From positions 99,882,001 to 99,946,000 of the forward strand of contig OZ024741.1 of assembly GCA_964016885.1 (NCBI GenBank): 64,000 nt of DNA, read 5' to 3'. Under the pieces are notes generated by a model that saw only the letters and a list, made by a program, of their open reading frames with translations, searched no databases and was not told the origin of the DNA. This document shows, piece after piece, positions 15,376 to 29,000 of this stretch (the first letter of the stretch is position 1; each line of letters begins with the position of its first letter). The position numbers were made by a program, and so were the translations under genes. This DNA comes from Eledone cirrhosa (Eukaryota).

Positions 15376-15448
<73 letters not shown>

Positions 15449-15460
15449 GTTTGTGTGTGT

Positions 15461-15522
<62 letters not shown>

Positions 15523-15528
15523 CATATA

Positions 15529-15980
15529 TATAAGTTTGAAGAATAACCAGAAAAAATATACCTAATTTTTCTTCGTAGTCTGGAGAAATTTAACTAAATA
15601 AATAATGAATTAAACGGATCTAAATTTAAAATGTAAGTTTGAAGAAATAATAAATAAATGCTTACCAATATTCGTCTAGCCTCGAATGTCGGCAATTTCA
15701 TTTGTACTATGTGGAAATATATAATCGTTGCATTATCCATGAGGCTTTAAGTTTATCAAAAGTCTCCTTCAGTTAGGACCGATTTTTTTCCAAAGTGATC
15801 ACTGCCAGTAACTAATTCGAAAGGGATGAAAAAAATGAATTTACTGGCCACCAGTCTACCCTTCACAACACTTCTATCTTGACCGCTAGCCACGTGATCA
15901 TTTTCACCCCTCTAAAATTTTTTTCAGGACTAACAAGAAAAATTAGGTAAACTTTATCTGCCTGTTCTTGAAACTTATAA
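15529..15980. mobile_element. MITE-like element with ~50-bp imperfect TIRs at a TA site
   Basis: TATAAGTTTGAAGAATAACCAGAAAAAATATACCTAATTTTTCTTCGTAGTC vs GACTAACAAGAAAAATTAGGTAAACTTTATCTGCCTGTTCTTGAAACTTATA. Confidence 0.65.
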
Positions 15981-16183
15981 TTATATATAGCTCAGATTAA
16001 TGATTATTTATTTAATTCATCCATTGAGCCACATCGTTGAAGATCGACTACACTCATATAAGAATCTATGCTTATGTTTAAATATATATGTGTCCCTTAT
16101 GACTTTATATATATATATATATTTATTAAAATAACAGATTAAAGTTTAAGCCAAGAATCGCTGCTTTCACCCTTAACGGAATC

Positions 16184-16261
<78 letters not shown>

Positions 16262-16263
<2 letters not shown>

Positions 16264-16894
16264 CATTAGTGTCTGCCGTTCTGTTTATATGCCAACACAA
16301 GAGAAAGAATTACGGGGGCATTCTACTGATATGGCTTAAAGTGGCTGTTTGAATAGTTGCAAACGAATCGAATATTATTATGAATATATTCGAAAAACTA
16401 AGATTACATTTATTGTAGTCAGCCATGTAGAGTGAGAAAACTATTTCTTAGTTATTTGAATATGACAAAACCGGTCATTAATCGCTGGGATACATCAAGC
16501 TGATTGGCCTATCGATTGATATATTGATATGCAAATCTGGCCTATCAGTGGGTATGCTAATATGCAGATCTGACTGATCAGTCAGTCTGCTAATATGCAA
16601 ATCAGACCGATCAGTTACTATATATTTCAGAAAATATATATTTTCATTAGTTCTGACAGTTGGCAGGTAAGCAATATATGGTACTGATGAAGGGTAATCA
16701 CCCAGAAACATTAGTGTAGTGTCTGTCGTTCTGTTTATATGCAAACACAAGAGCAAGAATGACGGCTACATTCTACTGACATGGCTTAAAGAGGCTGTTT
16801 GCATAATTGCAAACGAATCGAATATTATTATCAATATTCGAAAAACTCAGATTACATTTATTGTATTCAGCCATGTAGAGCGATAAAATTATTT

Positions 16895-16895
<1 letters not shown>
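16262..16895 (+). mobile_element. Non-coding partial-tandem element (445-bp unit) with HHR; related inverted-structure copy at 60440-60860
   Basis: 16262-16445 repeated at 16707-16895; flanked by (TA)n and (CT)n(TA)n. Confidence 0.8.
16678..16729 (+). ncRNA. Type I hammerhead ribozyme motif
   Basis: AUGGUA-CUGAUGA-A-GGGU(AAUC)ACCC-A-GAAA-CA..UG-UC-UGUCGU. Confidence 0.75.
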
Positions 16896-16990
<95 letters not shown>

Positions 16991-18431
16991 TGGCTGTCTC
17001 GTGTTCGAAGCACGAAGGCCAAAACATTTTACTTTACTTTTACTTCACATTTTAGTGTCTGTGTCTTCTGTGAACAACTAAACCTGCCCTGGTTTTGCAA
17101 ATCAGATATTATCCTTCCCATAAATCCTTTCATCTTGCGTTAGATCACATGGTTCTTGATGCACTTTTGAGAGGATATTTTTCTACCTATTACTGTCAGC
17201 ACTAACTTCCTCAAATTCTAATGTTTGTATTCCAATATGCTTGATATTAGTCTCCAATTTTCTTTGTATCGAAGAAGGGGTCTTAATCCGTTTCGCATTC
17301 CCGCTTGAAGATGGTTATATGTGAGTATTTATGGCTTATTTATGGTATTTTACAATGAGGTGCTACAAATAAAAATGTTCGTGATAGATTTAAAAAGATG
17401 GCATAAGTTCATATATAATGGCATAATAAAGCAGAAAGCTCATAATGTTGAGAAATTCGATATTAACACAATTTATAAATGATAATTGAAAACGTATCTA
17501 ACAGAATATTTCAAGACTTGCTGTAATATGGGCCGAACGAATACTTTAGTAATTACGAACATCGGATAATATATATTAATATACGTTAGTTACACCGGAA
17601 TGAAATGGAATGTGAACACAATGGTCAGTGACAACATTTTCTGGACCTCCAGACCAATCCAATAAAACATATATTTAATGTTCTAATTGTACCTACATGT
17701 GTTCATGTTTGTAGCGACCTTAACTATGGAAGGATATTCAAAATATAATCTAATATTTATGTTATTGAAACACATTCGGATGTTATGTTTCTCACGACCT
17801 TTAGTCCCTGAACGAAATTAAAGATATAATCGAAATATTTCATGCATGGAAACAAGCTCGACTGGTCCGCTTTCATCAACCTTAAGACAAAATGATACAC
17901 TAAATGTAATCAAATAATGTGATGAAGAATTATAAATTTATACATCAAAATAGAAAGAGCATTTCCAAAATGTGGAATTACAACGTCTTAAGAGACTTTT
18001 AGTTGTGTTTTTTTCTTCAATATCCGTTAACTAGTTATATAAGTTGGCATTATATGTGCCGCTGAAAACTGCCAAATATTTTCTTTGAGACTGTTTTTTT
18101 TTTCACGTGTATGTTAATAATTAAATTCTATTATTTTTTTATGAAATCGAGAAACAATGGAAGTGTCATAATGAAATTAGAGTAAATTTAATTACAAAAC
18201 TAGGTGTTTATATGGTGAACTGTAGACATATTTATTATACACAGACATATAAACATACACGCATACACACACACACATTTATATATATCAATTCGTGCAC
18301 TTTTATGCTGACACATAAATACTGAGACACAAGCACACCTCCCCGATGCAAACGCACACATACATGTATGTATATATATGAATGTAAGTGTATGCATATA
18401 ATAATCACACGATAAGTATTTTCATATTAAA

Positions 18432-18570
18432 TAATTGTTTCTACTTTAGGCACAAGGCCAGCAATTACCCAGTGCATTACTGGTACTTTATTTTATCGAC
18501 CCCGTAAGGATGAAAGGCAAAGTCAACCTCGGCGGGATTTGAACTCAGATCGTAAAGGGACGTAACTAAT
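18432..18570 (-). mobile_element. tRNA-derived SINE (octopod-like)
   Basis: B-box GAGTTCAAATCC, shared core CTTTGCCTTTCATCCTTACGGGGTCGATAAAATAAAGTACCAGT, ATT tail; multiple copies in window. Confidence 0.85.
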
Positions 18571-18844
18571 CAAATAATGTTAATATATGTAATATGAGTT
18601 AGCATCTATGGGGAAGAGTGTTATGAATGTGCTACACAAAATATATTATTATGTAGTTATTGTTCTTATTTTCTCCAAATTAGTTACTAATCATTTTACA
18701 TTTACTAAGTTGGCACACGGATCATTGATGTCTTCTTCTTCTTCTTCTTCTTCTTCTTCTTCTTCTTCTTCTTCTTCTTCTTCTTCTTCTTCTTCTTCTT
18801 CTTCTCCTCCCTCCTCCTCTTTCTTCTTATTCTTCTTCTTCTTT

Positions 18845-19025
18845 AGGGCATCGAACACCATGCTTTGCAGTATAAAGTTACGGCTCTTTTCATTCTGAGT
18901 TCAAATCCCGCCGAGGTTAACTTTGCCTTTCATTCTTACGGGGTCGATAAAATAAAGTACCAGTAATGTATTGGTTAATTGCTGGCCTTGTGCCTAAACT
19001 AGAAACAATTATTATTATTATTATT
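18845..19025 (+). mobile_element. tRNA-derived SINE
   Basis: Same family; preceded by (TTC)n, ends in (ATT)n. Confidence 0.85.
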
Positions 19026-21165
19026 ACAGTTGCATTTATCTTGCTTTATGTTCATACGAGTTATCACCAAGTCACAACCAGTGACCTCAAGAGACAACAA
19101 GGTCCGCCTTGTTCAAGAAAGAACATACATACACACACATGCATCTTTAGGTGTTTAGATTTGTGATGTACTTATATTTACAGAATCTCCCTTAGTATAT
19201 GGGAAGTTCCCATTAGTACTATCTTTTGTATTTCTCCTATACGCGGGTTTCCTGGGATTTGCGATAAATAATCATTAGACCCCTTAGGTATCATTCCTAG
19301 AGCGCCTACAACCACTGGTATTGTTTTAGTTCTCAATTTCCACATTTTTCCAATTTCTATCTCCAGGTCCTTATACTTGCTCAATTTTTCAAATGTTTTT
19401 ATAGATACATTCTTGTCTATTGGAACAGACATATCAATTAGCAGGCATACCCTCTTTTTCAAGTCCTTCACTATTATATCAGGTCTATTTGCATCTATTT
19501 TTCGGTCTCTTTGGATGCCAAAGTTCCACAAGATTGAGATGTGGTCTTTTTCATGTATGGGGGTGGTTGATGCTCCCACCAATTCTTTAGATGGGGCTGG
19601 TTAAAATGCTTACACATTACCCAATGTATGTATTGTGCAGCTTTCTCATGCCTGTTTAGGTATTCGGTTGGAGCTATAGGACTGCACATTGAAATTATAT
19701 GATCAATGGTCTCTGGTTGTTTTTTTACATACACGGTATAATGGGTTGCATCCATTTTTTTTATTATGTTGGCTTGGTAATCTTTTGTTGGCAGACACTG
19801 ATCGTGTGCTGATATAATCAGTCCTTCAGTCTCCGATTTCAGTCCAGAGGATGCACACCACTGATGGGTTAAAGTTTTGTCAACATCAGGATTGTTAGCT
19901 CTTTCTGGGTATTTTCCATACAGAGGCTTTTCTTGCTATTTCTTAGCCTGTTTCTGTAGCAGTTCTTTCTTTGCAGTTAATTTTACCTGCTTTTCTTTAT
20001 CTGTGGTTTTCATTTCAGCAGTAAATGGAACTTCTGAGATTTGTAGTCAATTACTGTATCTTTGTGCATCTTTTGTAATGGAGTATGATCTTTTGATGCT
20101 TTCGTGTTTTAAAACGAGTTTGATCATCTAAGGGAATCATGTGATTCCCTTAGATATGTAGATAATCCAATTGTTGCAGTTTTCAACGCAATATCTAACT
20201 GGATTAACCCACGTCCTCCTTCTTTCCTAGGGAGATATATTCTATCTTTATCTGCCTTAGGGTGATGCATTCTGTGCATGGTTAAGAATTTTCTAATTTT
20301 TGTATTGAGCCTACGGATCTCTGTGCTTGACTAGTTGATGACATTGTAACTGTAGGTTACTACTGGTATGGCGAGCATGTTTATGGCATTGATCCTATTC
20401 CTTGCATTCAATTCCGTTTTTAAGATTGCTCTTACTCTGCGGTAACATTCCTTCCTTATCCTTTCCCTCATTGTCGAGTGCTTGATTCAGTCTCCTTCAC
20501 AAACACCTAGATATTTGTAAGTTTCATCTTGATCAAGTTCTCCCCCGATCAAGATTAATGTCTGAACTTCTCAGCAGCTTTTCTCTGGTGAACGTGGCTT
20601 TTTGCGCATTTGCTTAGTCCAAACTCTATTTTAATGTCATCACTGAACTGCTTCACAGTGGATAATAGCCCTTGCAATTGTTCATCATTTTTTGCAAATA
20701 GTTTCAAGTCATCCATGTAGAACAAGTGATTAATGGTTTTGTCATAGACTTTATATCCATGTTTTGTTTCATTGAGCATTTTACTTAATGGTATAAGTGT
20801 GATGCAGAATAAAAGCGGTGACAAAGAGTCACTCTGAAAAATTCCACAATTAATATTAACTTCTCCAGCTTCCAGTGATTTCTTTTCACTATCCAAAAGG
20901 AGTGTCGTTTTCCATGTCTTCACACTGAATAACAGGAACCTCCTGACAACGGGAGATATTTTGAAAATCTCTAAACATTTTTCAATCCAACTGTGTGGCA
21001 AACTATCGAATGCTTTTTTATAATCTATGCAAGCAATTGATAGATTTTTGTGTCTATTATGACAATCTTCCAGTATCATTTTGTTAACCAAAAGCTGATA
21101 TTTACAGTCATATGAGCCTCGTTTACACCCTTTCTGCTCATTGGGAAATAGAGCATTTGTTATCA
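19026..21165 (-). mobile_element. 5'-truncated, decayed R4/Dong-type non-LTR retrotransposon (RT + CCHC + restriction-like endonuclease)
   Basis: IDYKKAFDSLPH, GIFQSDSLSPLLF, HLFYMDDLKL, ETIDHIISMC, RPDIIV..LIDMSVP..EKLSKYKDL..IPVVVGALG; 3' end runs into (TAA)n. Confidence 0.88.
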
Positions 21166-21304
21166 GTATTAATATTATTATTATTGGTCTAAGCGTACGT
21201 ATCTTGCTCGCTCAGAGTAAGTCGCTTTATTTGCCTGTTACCCCCCCCCCCCCCCCCCACACACACCCCACCCCACCACCACCACACACACACACCCCAG
21301 CGAT

Positions 21305-23230
21305 ATGTCGGCTGTCGTGCGACAATGACGTAGAAGTTGAGAGGAGCGCTACTACAGCGAAATTAACACACATTGATAACACAAACACCACCACAAACAA
21401 TGTAAACAAAGACACCAATGATACCAATAAGAACTCTAATTTTGAAAAAAATTGCAATAACAGCGACAACGAAAATACAGATAACAACGAAAATGCAGAT
21501 AACAAAAATAAAATTAAAAATACAACAATATCAACACCACTAACATGAAAACAAATAGCGACAACATCAACTGCACCGAGAACAACGGTGGCTACAAATA
21601 CAACAATGATAACAGCGACAGTGCTACCAACAACACCAACAAGAACAAGGACAACAACACCCCCAACGAAAACAAGAAGAACACTTTCGCTGCGGCAGCA
21701 GCAAAAAAGAGGCCATGCTTCAACATGGACTTCTCAAACAAAGATGAAAAGTTGGCCCAGGCATGGAAGCTCATCAAGCAAGAGCAAACCTAGCCCAACT
21801 TAACTGTCCCGGTAGAAGCTATTGAGGCAGTGGAGCGCAGAACGGTGCATTATCGATGCATCTCAGCACAAACCAAAAGGGCAGCTTTAATCCCACAATC
21901 AGATGTCGAAGTCGCGCTGAGGTGCATCAGAGAAGACACCCAATACATAGAGAGGGGCAGACAGTACGGCACCATTTCGGTGTTGTTCAAGTCAGAAGCC
22001 CTCGCTATGAAACACGCTATGAGTCCTTGCAAAACCAGCAAGGTCATAATGTACCCCTCCCACATGGGAAAAAGAACGGCCCGTCTCCGCATTCCCAGAA
22101 TCCCACCAGGACTTGACATGTGGTGGCTTCTGGGATGTGTAATTGAGGAGGGGACGGATACCGTCCCTATAGAAGTGACCTGAACGGCCAGAGAGGACTG
22201 GTCCTGAGTTGACCTGGAGAACATTCTCCAGATCAGGCCCGAGAATGTGAAGACAATCCCGGACTACACCCGCCTTCAGAATGGGACGGTCATTCACATT
22301 ATGACCGAAGGCAAAAAGCCGCAGTGTTTTGTTTGTGGGGAAAAAACCTATTTGCGAGCCTTCTGCCGTCAACTGCTGAAAGAGGCAAGGGTTCGAAAGG
22401 CTCCACTGCTGCCGACGCCGGGGCGAGGACCACAACCTACACCAGCACCGCCAAAACCACCAACAACAACACCAATAGAAAGACCACCACCAACATTGAA
22501 CACACAGGGGGGAAACGAGGAAAGCTGTCAAATTCCCCCCCCCACCCACCCCCCTCCAAAAATACACGCACCAATAAAACCATTTAACATACATACAGAA
22601 ACGCTTACAGACACAGACCCCTCATCTACCAGTAGTGTAAATGAGGGAAAACCAAAATCCCCCAAAATACAAAAAAGGAAACATAAAAAGAAAAAAAAAA
22701 TCTCAAAAAAGCACAAAACCACCCACAATAAAATACGCAGACACCACCCACGCAAACATCTCTCCAATAACACCAACACCAGAATCCCCCAAACGCAAAC
22801 AACCGAAACAGACGCAAGAACAAATATACACACAAACATCTGAAACCACAGACACCGCACTCACAACAAACACAGATACAACCGAAACAACACTACCAAA
22901 ACCATCACCACCACAGCCACTCAAACAAATAAAATCACACCAATAAAACATACAAAACTTCGTGCTCGTCAGGAGTGCCAACAAGGAACTGATGGCCCTC
23001 GTAGCACGAAGTGAAAATATACAAAAAGAGGGGCAGATTTTTAACTCGAGCACATTTCGGGTGCCGGAAGATTTAGTCCTGGTGCGAATGTCGCTCGACA
23101 TATTCAAAGAAATAGGAGACAGCTTTCCTCGAGACGTGGGAACACCGAACGTAAAACCCACTTCAAGACTTTTAAAGGGGTTCCCAAAATAAAACCCCAC
23201 TAACGATGGAGGTCGAACAACTCGACCTTC
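21305..23230 (+). pseudogene. LINE ORF1 (Asn/Thr-rich, gag-like zinc knuckle CFVCGEKTYLRAFC)
   Basis: ORF fragments 21545-21793, 21830-22183, 22247-22843, 22962-23192. Confidence 0.75.
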
Positions 23231-23284
23231 ACAAGAGCACGGAAGGTAAGTAAACCTTTCTCTCTCTCTGATTAACCTGCCAAC

Positions 23285-26200
23285 ATGGCCGTATTAATAG
23301 TAGGATGTTTAAATGTTCGAGGCCTGGGATCGTCCTGGAAGCAGGGTCACCTGCTCAACGACCTCAGGTCTGAAGACATAGATGTAATTACAGTCATCGA
23401 GACCAGGATTTACGACACGCGCGCACTAGCCCCCATTTTCGACGACTATCAGATCTTTGCATCTGTTAGCCGGCTGGGAATGGGAGGCGGGGTAGCAGTG
23501 CTGTTTAGGAAAAGCCTGGATCGCGAGGTAGGTCGATCTTCCGGGACCCGGACGGGAAGTTGGTGGTCCTGGACGTGAACAATAACGAAGGTGGTGCCTT
23601 TAGACTGGTGGCCGTCTATGCTCCTACTGGGGCAGGACGGCCGGACTTTTTAGACGCCTGGAAGCCTTTCTGGGTACGTCTCGCCCTTTACTGTTAGCGG
23701 GGGACTGGAACGGCATCTTAGACGCACAGTGAGACTGTGTGGGAGTATCCAATAGGAGCGGGGGGTGCAAAAGCCTCAAGAACCTGATCAGCCAGTTCCA
23801 ACTGTCTGACAGATACCGACTAGATTTCCCTAATGCGCCAGTGTGGACCTGGGCTAACCGCATAGGGTCATCTAGATCGTATATAGACTGGATATTCATT
23901 AGGAAAATAGACAGAAATAGTGTAAGCTGTCCACGTTTTGAAACGGTCGCCTATTCAGATCACACGTTTGTAATCTGTATGGTCGACCTAGATAAGATGC
24001 GTAGGTTAGGACCTGGTTACTGGAAGCTAAACATGTCATTTCCGGCACGTAAGGCTTATAGGAACCAGGTCAACAATTTAGTTAAGAAAAAGTTGACAGG
24101 GGGAGTCGTCAACAGTAGATGGTGAGGGGGCTCTCAAAAGAGAGATTAGAGTAATGTCGATAGAGTTTAGCAAAGAAGTAGCGTTAGAGAAAAATAGAAA
24201 GGAGGGGGAGTTGGTAGATAAGTTAGACGAAGCTATTGGTAGTGGCATTGCAACTGACGTGCTAGCGGCGAGAATGGCATTAGACCATTTCTTCAATGCG
24301 AAACACGAAGGTTACATTGTCAGAGCTAAGGCGCGTGCTCTGAGAAACGAGGGAACCAAAGCTGTTCGATGGGCCCGCGTGGCAGAGGCGCAGCGTGGTA
24401 ATAAAACCACGATTCGGTCTTTGACGGATCGAGACGGGCACGATCTGAACGATTCCATGATGATGTGTGAGGCCTTTCCCCAACATTTTGCTCGGTTGTT
24501 CGGGGAAGTGGCGGGTCAGAGATGGTGGCGGACTTCAGTCCCTACCTCAATGGCTTGCCGCAACTCTCGACGGCTGACGCTGGGCGCTGCGAAAGGTCAA
24601 TTACTTCAGCCGAGATTCAGGAAGCCCTTGTCGGCTGCATGAGGCGCAAGTCACCCGGTTTGGATGGTCTGCCCTACGAGCTTTACGTAAATATGCCAGA
24701 CTTGTTCTCCAATCTCCTCGAATACCTCTACTGCAACTGACAGCAAAACGGGAGTATTCCCAGTTCTGTGAGTAGGGGCGGAGTGACGCTGATAAGGAAA
24801 GACAAGAACAAGAGGGACACATTAGACAATTTCAGGCCCATAACTCTGCTCAACACAGAGTTTAAGATTTTGGCCAGGGTCTTAGTGAAGAGGTTGGCGC
24901 TTGTCGTCGGATATTTGGTTGGGGAGGCGCAAACTTGCGCAATCCCATCCAAGTCCATACACGACAACCTTCACCTAATGCGATACATCATAGAGAGGGT
25001 ATGGTGTAAACCTGGCTTCGGTGGGGGCTCTCATCAATTTAGATCAATCGAAAGCATTCGATAGGGTCGACCATCGGTACCTGGAGGCTGTCCTCAAGGC
25101 GGCTGGCTTCGGCCCCGACATGAGAAGCTGGATCGCCGCAATGCACAGCGGCATCTGCTCGATGGTCAACATTAATAGCCACCTCTCGGAACCGTTTCAG
25201 GTCTCCCGATCGGTCCGACAAGGGTGCCCTCTCTCCCCCCTTCTGTACGTATTGACTCTCGAGCCTTTACTGCGGAAGCTGGAACTGTTGCAGGGCATCC
25301 CACTCGAGTCGGGACGCGGAAAGGCTGTGTCGGCTTATGCGGACGACATCACCGTGATGGTGTCGGACACCTCAGAAATCGAGGTGGTCGGCAACTTATT
25401 GGAGGAAAATGAAATGTTGACGGGAGCAAAACTTAACCCGGAAACGTCAGTGGACTTGCAACTCGGCACCTGGAGAGGCAATTCCATGCCGTCCGAGGCG
25501 TCGTTAGGCGCTGGACGGACGGACCGGTAAAGTTGCTAGGGGTTCGGTTCTGGCCAGTCCTCCAGGTGGATAAGAATTGGGACGAGGTGACGGGCAGGGT
25601 AGCCAGTCTCACCCAGAAATGGGCTGGGATGAAGTTATCACTGAAAGGTCGGGCGGAGGTGGCGAACGCGTACATCGCGTCCGTCATCTACTACCGTCTG
25701 ACTGTCGTCCCTTTCCCCCGTTCGCGCCTCGCCATCTTGGAGCGGCTCCTCTTCAAATTCTTGTGGAGGGTTCAGGTTCCCTGGTGAGGCCCTCCATCTG
25801 CTGCCAGCACCCTCTACGTGGAGGGCTAGGCATGCCGTGGCTAATGATGCGCAGGCACGCGCTGAGGCTGCGGTATCTCCAGATATTCTGCCTAAACGGT
25901 GAACAGATGTGGTGGCCGTTTGTCAGACGGGCCTTTACGCAGCTCGTTACTTTGACTGAGCTGCAGTCCTGGGTCAAGAAGAGACCGAGACTGGGTGACT
26001 GGCATCTGGAATGTTGTCAGGAACTCACTGCCCTCTACCAGGCGGGCAATGTGGTCAGTGGAACTTCCACTCTCGAGTTCTATAGAGGATTAGTGGTTTG
26101 CAAGTGCGACGACGCACTCGGAGAGGCTCTGGGAGTCAACGAAGTCGAAAAAACCAGTCTGTACCGGAGGACTTTCGAGCCGGGGACGATGGATAATTTC

Positions 26201-26689
26201 CCAAAATCCCTCGTTTGGAAGTGCTACTGGGGGTACTGCCGGATCGAGATAAACTCTACGGGCACGAAAGTGCTGTCAGACGGACTTGACCGAGATGCGT
26301 CAGAGCGACGAAACCGTTCTGCAGGCACTTGTCGAGTGTCCGTACATCACTGACTTGTGGAGTTATGTTGAACAGCTGTTGTCGCGTGTAGAACGGATCC
26401 GGCTATCGGCCGAGTTCATAGTGAAGATCGCCCCGTCACGTTCTTTTGGCCAGGAAGGGCAGGCAATTTTCCTCTGTCTGGTGGCAGTAGCGAAAGAGGT
26501 TTTATGGTGGACGAGGTTGAAAGGACTGAAGACAGACACTTTTCTCTTCGGCCAATCCCTCATCAACTTTTTTCATGTTTCACTTGGAAAGGAAGGTGCC
26601 CCCCCCCCCCCAGTACATTTGGTGAAATGTGGGTGAATGTGGCGAGAATGGCCCGTGTGAGTGGGCCTACTCTGGTCATACGGCTGTAG
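23285..26689 (+). pseudogene. LINE ORF2: APE endonuclease + reverse transcriptase + C-terminal Cys motif
   Basis: LNVRGL, SDH, GPGYWKLN, KSPGLDGLP, NFRPITLLN, DQSKAFDRVDH, VRQGCPLSPLL, AYADDI, GGLGMP, DETVLQALVEC. Confidence 0.92.
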
Positions 26690-27269
26690 GTAGGTAAATT
26701 TGAAGAGGAGAGGGTTTCCCTTCCAGGGTGCTCTCGAAGCGTCGGGTCGTTCAGGACTGGTGGGGTACGTGAGCGAACCCTAGGTGGTCATCCCTCCTAT
26801 TGGGGAATTTTTTCTTGTTGTAAATTTATTGTTACTTTATTGTTACTCTGTTATTGTTACTTTGTTATTGTTATTCATATTGTTTACTCGATTTTTCTGT
26901 AAAACCCCAGTGTTCCAGTCTTTTGTATTGTCCCCTATATGTCGGCCCTTGTGGCCAATAAATGAAATCATTATTATCATAAGTAGTAGTAGTAGTAGTA
27001 GTAGTAATAGTAGTAGTAGTAATAGTAGTAGTAGTAGTTGTTGTTGTATTTGTTATGTTTTCCTTGCGTGCTGTCATTATATTTCCAAGCAGAACTCTGT
27101 GTCCCATGGGTGTATACAGTGTTGTGTTTGGCGTTGTTATTTCTAATTTTTATTCTATTATAATAAATCTTCGCAATTTTTGTTAATTGCCTATTAGTCC
27201 TAATTTCAGAATGTGGTATATAATTTTAAGTCTTTGTCTTTTAGGGTAAGTTTCACTGTCGCTCATTAT

Positions 27270-27445
27270 CAGTAGAGGGTTGAACGCCATGCTTTGGAGC
27301 ATAACGTTACGCCTCTTTATAGTCTGAGTTCAAATCCCGCCGAGGTTAACTTTGCCATTCATCCTTACGGGGTCGATAAAATAAAGTACCAGTAATGCAC
27401 CGGGATAATTGTTGGCCTTGTTGCCAAAAATAAAAACAATTATAT
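27270..27445 (+). mobile_element. tRNA-derived SINE
   Basis: Same core as other copies. Confidence 0.85.
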
Positions 27446-28524
27446 CCTATTACATTAGCAACACTCCATATTGCTTCAGTGTGGAGTGCGAAGTTGAATA
27501 GTTGTCTTACTTTACTCAGCTATTAGCAACTAATGTCCCTTTTTCTTTCGTTCCTTCTACCCCCCCTCTCCCTCTACACACACACACAGACATATATATA
27601 TATAATAACTTTAATCTTTTATTTTAATAAATATTTGCTCTTCGGTATTTATATATATTCATATATATATATATTATCCTTATCGAGCCCTCTTCAGATT
27701 TTAGTCATCACATTTATTATTATTACTATTTATATATATATATGTGCGTTTGTTACTCTATTTACCATCTATAAGATCATAAACAACAACAACAACAACA
27801 ACAATACAATAATAATATTAATATTAACAATTATTATTACTCTTGTTAACCTGTTGATTATTATCCTACTCATTATGATTGCGTTTGAACGGTGAGGCTG
27901 CAACTATTTTTTATATTGATTCTGCCAGTAAATGTTGATGAAATCATCATTTGTTATTAATTTCGGTCCTGTAGCTTTTGTTTCCTTCTATTTGATGCTT
28001 ATTCTTTGTTTTTATTGTTGTTGTATATTTTGCTATTGTTTATTATCTTATTTAGCAGATGATGACATCAGCAATTTATTTTCTGATGTATGAAGAACTC
28101 TTTTGTATCATTTTTTTTTATGTTGACGACGTTGATATTATTGTTCTTTGCTAATTGACCAAGTCGACCTGTCAATAGAGGCAAAGCTGATATGACGTTA
28201 AAGGCATGAACTGGAACCATTGTGTTGTTGCTAGTGTTATATAATTATGATGTGGGAAAGATAGTGGACGTGCTCACATAATGATCAAAATATTTTAACT
28301 TTGAACATTTAATCATTTTTTTGTAACTAAAATCACACTATCCAGTATCTTCCTCGTGTGGAGTTTGAGAGAATTAAGGCTACTACATCTAGTAGGGTGT
28401 CTGACAACACAAATAGTTATTCTTACTCTCGAGTTCTATTATTGTCTAATAGTTAGTTGAAGGTAAGAGATATGTACAATGGTTGAAATATTAAATATCG
28501 TCAGAAACTTAATTATCATTATTA

Positions 28525-29000
28525 TCTTCTTCTTAGCCGATTGCAAACCGGGCCGCAGCGACATAGTCCCTCCTCCTCACGTTTTGGTCCAACATACCCG
28601 CCCTGACGTCCTGCACGCATTCCAAGCCAGTGTCGTTGTTCGGATTTTGGATCTAAGTGTGTCGGAGTTGTACTCTCCTTACAACTCAAGGAAATATATT
28701 CTAAACGACTAATTTGGGCCCTTTGAATTCAGGGTCAAACACTCAATAACTAGATTAGCAGACCGGTCTTTGTCTGATATTTTCGCTGACCTTTGGTAAG
28801 TCCCCATAAATGAATTAAATTCCTGTCTCTTTTACGCTCTATAACTTCGTATCTGTTATTATTTCGTACGCTCAGAACGGCCATATAGAAGCTAAGTCCT
28901 TGGCTACACCACGTAGTATCTCCCTCATTTGTTCATAACAGTTTCCTGAAGTGATTCCATATGTCCCGAAGGTACATTTTTCAAATTTGAAACATTGGCA
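28525..29000 (-). mobile_element. Decayed RTE-type LINE 3' fragment
   Basis: LLYG.SE-like motif and GAA/TAA-type tail. Confidence 0.45.

Larger units (their letters stand above)
21186..26970 (+). mobile_element. Near-full-length L1/Tx1-type LINE, inactivated by stops and frameshifts
   Basis: ORF1 with zinc knuckle, ORF2 APE-RT-Cys, 3' UTR with AATAAA, flanked by (ATT)n on both sides. Confidence 0.9.

Noticed and set aside
18890-18915. GAGTTCAAATCCCGCC as a tRNA gene
   Set aside because: B-box of the multi-copy SINE; no cloverleaf.
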